This document shows, one piece after another, positions 62,312 through 64,000 of a stretch of 64,000 nucleotides of DNA. This stretch comes from Rebecca billardiae RCC1528 (taxonomy: Eukaryota > Protista > Haptophyta): positions 1,116,001 through 1,180,000 of the forward strand of contig OZ251242.1 of NCBI GenBank assembly GCA_965240325.2, in the 5' to 3' direction. Position 1 is the stretch's first letter. Every line of letters starts with the position of its first letter. Position numbers and translations under genes: made by a program. The notes under the pieces were generated by a model. The model worked only from the letters and a program-made list of their open reading frames with translations. It did not search any database and was not told where the DNA came from.

Positions 62312-64000
62312 GCGCGGACGCGGGCGCGCGGCGCGAGGCGGCGGAGACGGCGCTGCCGGCACTGCCGGCGCTGGTCCCGCGCAGCAGCAGCGCGCGCGCG
62401 CCGCCCTCGGCCTCGCCGAGCGTCGCGCTGCGCGCGCGCGCGCTCTCGGCGCCGCGGACGGCCAGCAGCGCGCCGCCGTGCGCCTCCGCGGCCGCGAGCG
62501 AGTTGGAGCGGCGCGCGGCGACTGCGAGCAGCTCGGCGGCGGTGCCGGGCGCGCGCGCTGCCGCGCGCGCGCGCCACGGCCGGCTCGGCGGCGAGGCCGG
62601 CGCCGACGCGCTCTCGAGCGCGCGCGCGCCGCACCGGCCGCCGCCGGCGCAGAAGCTGTGAGCGAGCAGCGCACGGCCGCTCGCGCCGCCGTCCGCGCGG
62701 CCGCCGCCGCCGCCCTCGGCGCCGCCCCACGCGCCGCCGAGCCCGTGCCGCCGGCGCTGCTGCTGCTGCTGCTGCTGCTGCGACGCGGCCGCGGACGCGA
62801 GGCTCCCCGCGAACCCGGGCGTCCACGACCGGTAAATGATCCGGTCAGCAATCAGCACGATGATCACCACGAAAAGCGCACCCACCAGCCCGCCTGAGAA
62901 GCTGCCGGTGGAAATCTCCTGGCCGAGATCGGAGCCCGCCGCCGGGCGCGCGAGCGAGTTGTAGAAGGCGAAGACGTACAGCGCGAGGAAGAGCGTGACG
63001 GGCTGATAGTACACGTACCAGTTCACGCCGAACTTGAACGGGCGCGCGCCGTCGCCGCCCACCGAGTCTTCGTCGAACGAGGCGGGGCGCGCCGCCGCGC
63101 CGCGGCGCGCGGCCGCGACGCCGCCCAGCCCGCCGCCGGCTTCGAGCGAGGGCGGCCGCGGGAGGAGGCGGCGGAGGAAGCGCACGACGGCGGCGCAGCC
63201 GCACAGCGCGGCGCACGCGGCCGAGCAGCGCGCGCACAGCGAGCACACCCAGCGCGCGCGCCCGCCGCCCTTGGCGCGCGCGCCGCGCCGCCGCGCCGCC
63301 GCCGCCGCGCTCGCCGCCGCCGAGCCGCACTCCGCGCCGTCCGCGCCGCGCGCGCCGCCGCGCCCGCCGAGCAGCGGCGCCGTCGCCATGCACGCCTCCT
63401 CGAGGTCGGCGCCGGAGCCCGCGCGGCCGGCGCGCACGACAATGATCTCGCCGCCTCGGCCGGGCCCGCCGCTCGCGCCGCTCGCGCCGCCGCCGCTGCT
63501 CGCGCTCACGCCGCCGACCGAGCCGGACGAGTCGCAGCTGAAGCGGCTGCTGCGGCTGCCCGCGCGGCGGCGCAGCACGCCGCTCTCGGCGCCGACGCTC
63601 GGGACGCCCTTCGCGCCGTACCACCCGCCGCCCACGCCGTACCACCCGCCGCCCGTGCCGCCGCCGCCGCCGCCGCCGCCGTTGCTGGCACCGCCGCCGC
63701 CGCCGCCGCCGCCGGCCTCGGCGGCGGCGCCGCCGCCACCGCCGCCGCTGCCGCTCGGGCCACCGAGCAGCGCGCGCGCTCGCTCGAGCGTGTGCATGTC
63801 CGAGGGCTCGGAGGCGGTGCGGTGCAGATGGGCGCGCGCGGCGCGCACCGCGTCGGGCTCCGCCGTCGCGGCGCGCGCGAGCGCGCCCGGCGGCTCCTGC
63901 TCCGACTCGCCGCCGCCCGCGCGCCGCGCGCCGTCAAACGTGCGTCGTATGGAGGAGGCGGTGACCTCGGGGATGCTCGGCACGCGCGCCCACCGCCCGC
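60179..64000 (-). CDS. Piezo-type mechanosensitive channel, 3' portion (continues beyond the window); introns 61523-61739 and 60917-61009
   Basis: PFLFEVQALLDW...TSLDLFQWLKFE|DMYASLY, GPLLLFS, GIVAFYVAVVLTIGRFLR, LCDGVYLARAEGELAREHQLW and LMRSPETLL. Confidence 0.92.

Overview
A very GC-rich eukaryotic window with GT-AG introns in the 14-3-3, MiaB and Piezo genes. Composition and signal-plus-transit presequences suggest a haptophyte-like microalga (inference only). Recognisable genes are a giant G8/beta-helix/GH16 surface protein, a DEAD-box helicase, 14-3-3, a membrane-anchored GH1, a WSC-domain membrane protein, a GNAT, an OTU deubiquitinase, an mL40-like protein, a parvulin-MiaB fusion, a 7TM protein with a TIR/HET-like tail, and the 3' part of Piezo. 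The most striking structure is a tandem array with a ~2.2-kb period (30.7-42.1 kb) of RING + F-box + RCC1-repeat genes: 4 intact, 1 frameshifted and 1 truncated, plus an inverted solo copy at 16-17.8 kb. The copies are mosaics of one another, and variation concentrates at equivalent RCC1 loop positions, which resembles a diversifying recognition and ubiquitination system. Two gene-poor blocks (27.6-30.7 kb and 48.3-55.9 kb) hold nested non-autonomous DNA transposons; four of them have readable TIRs and TSDs.
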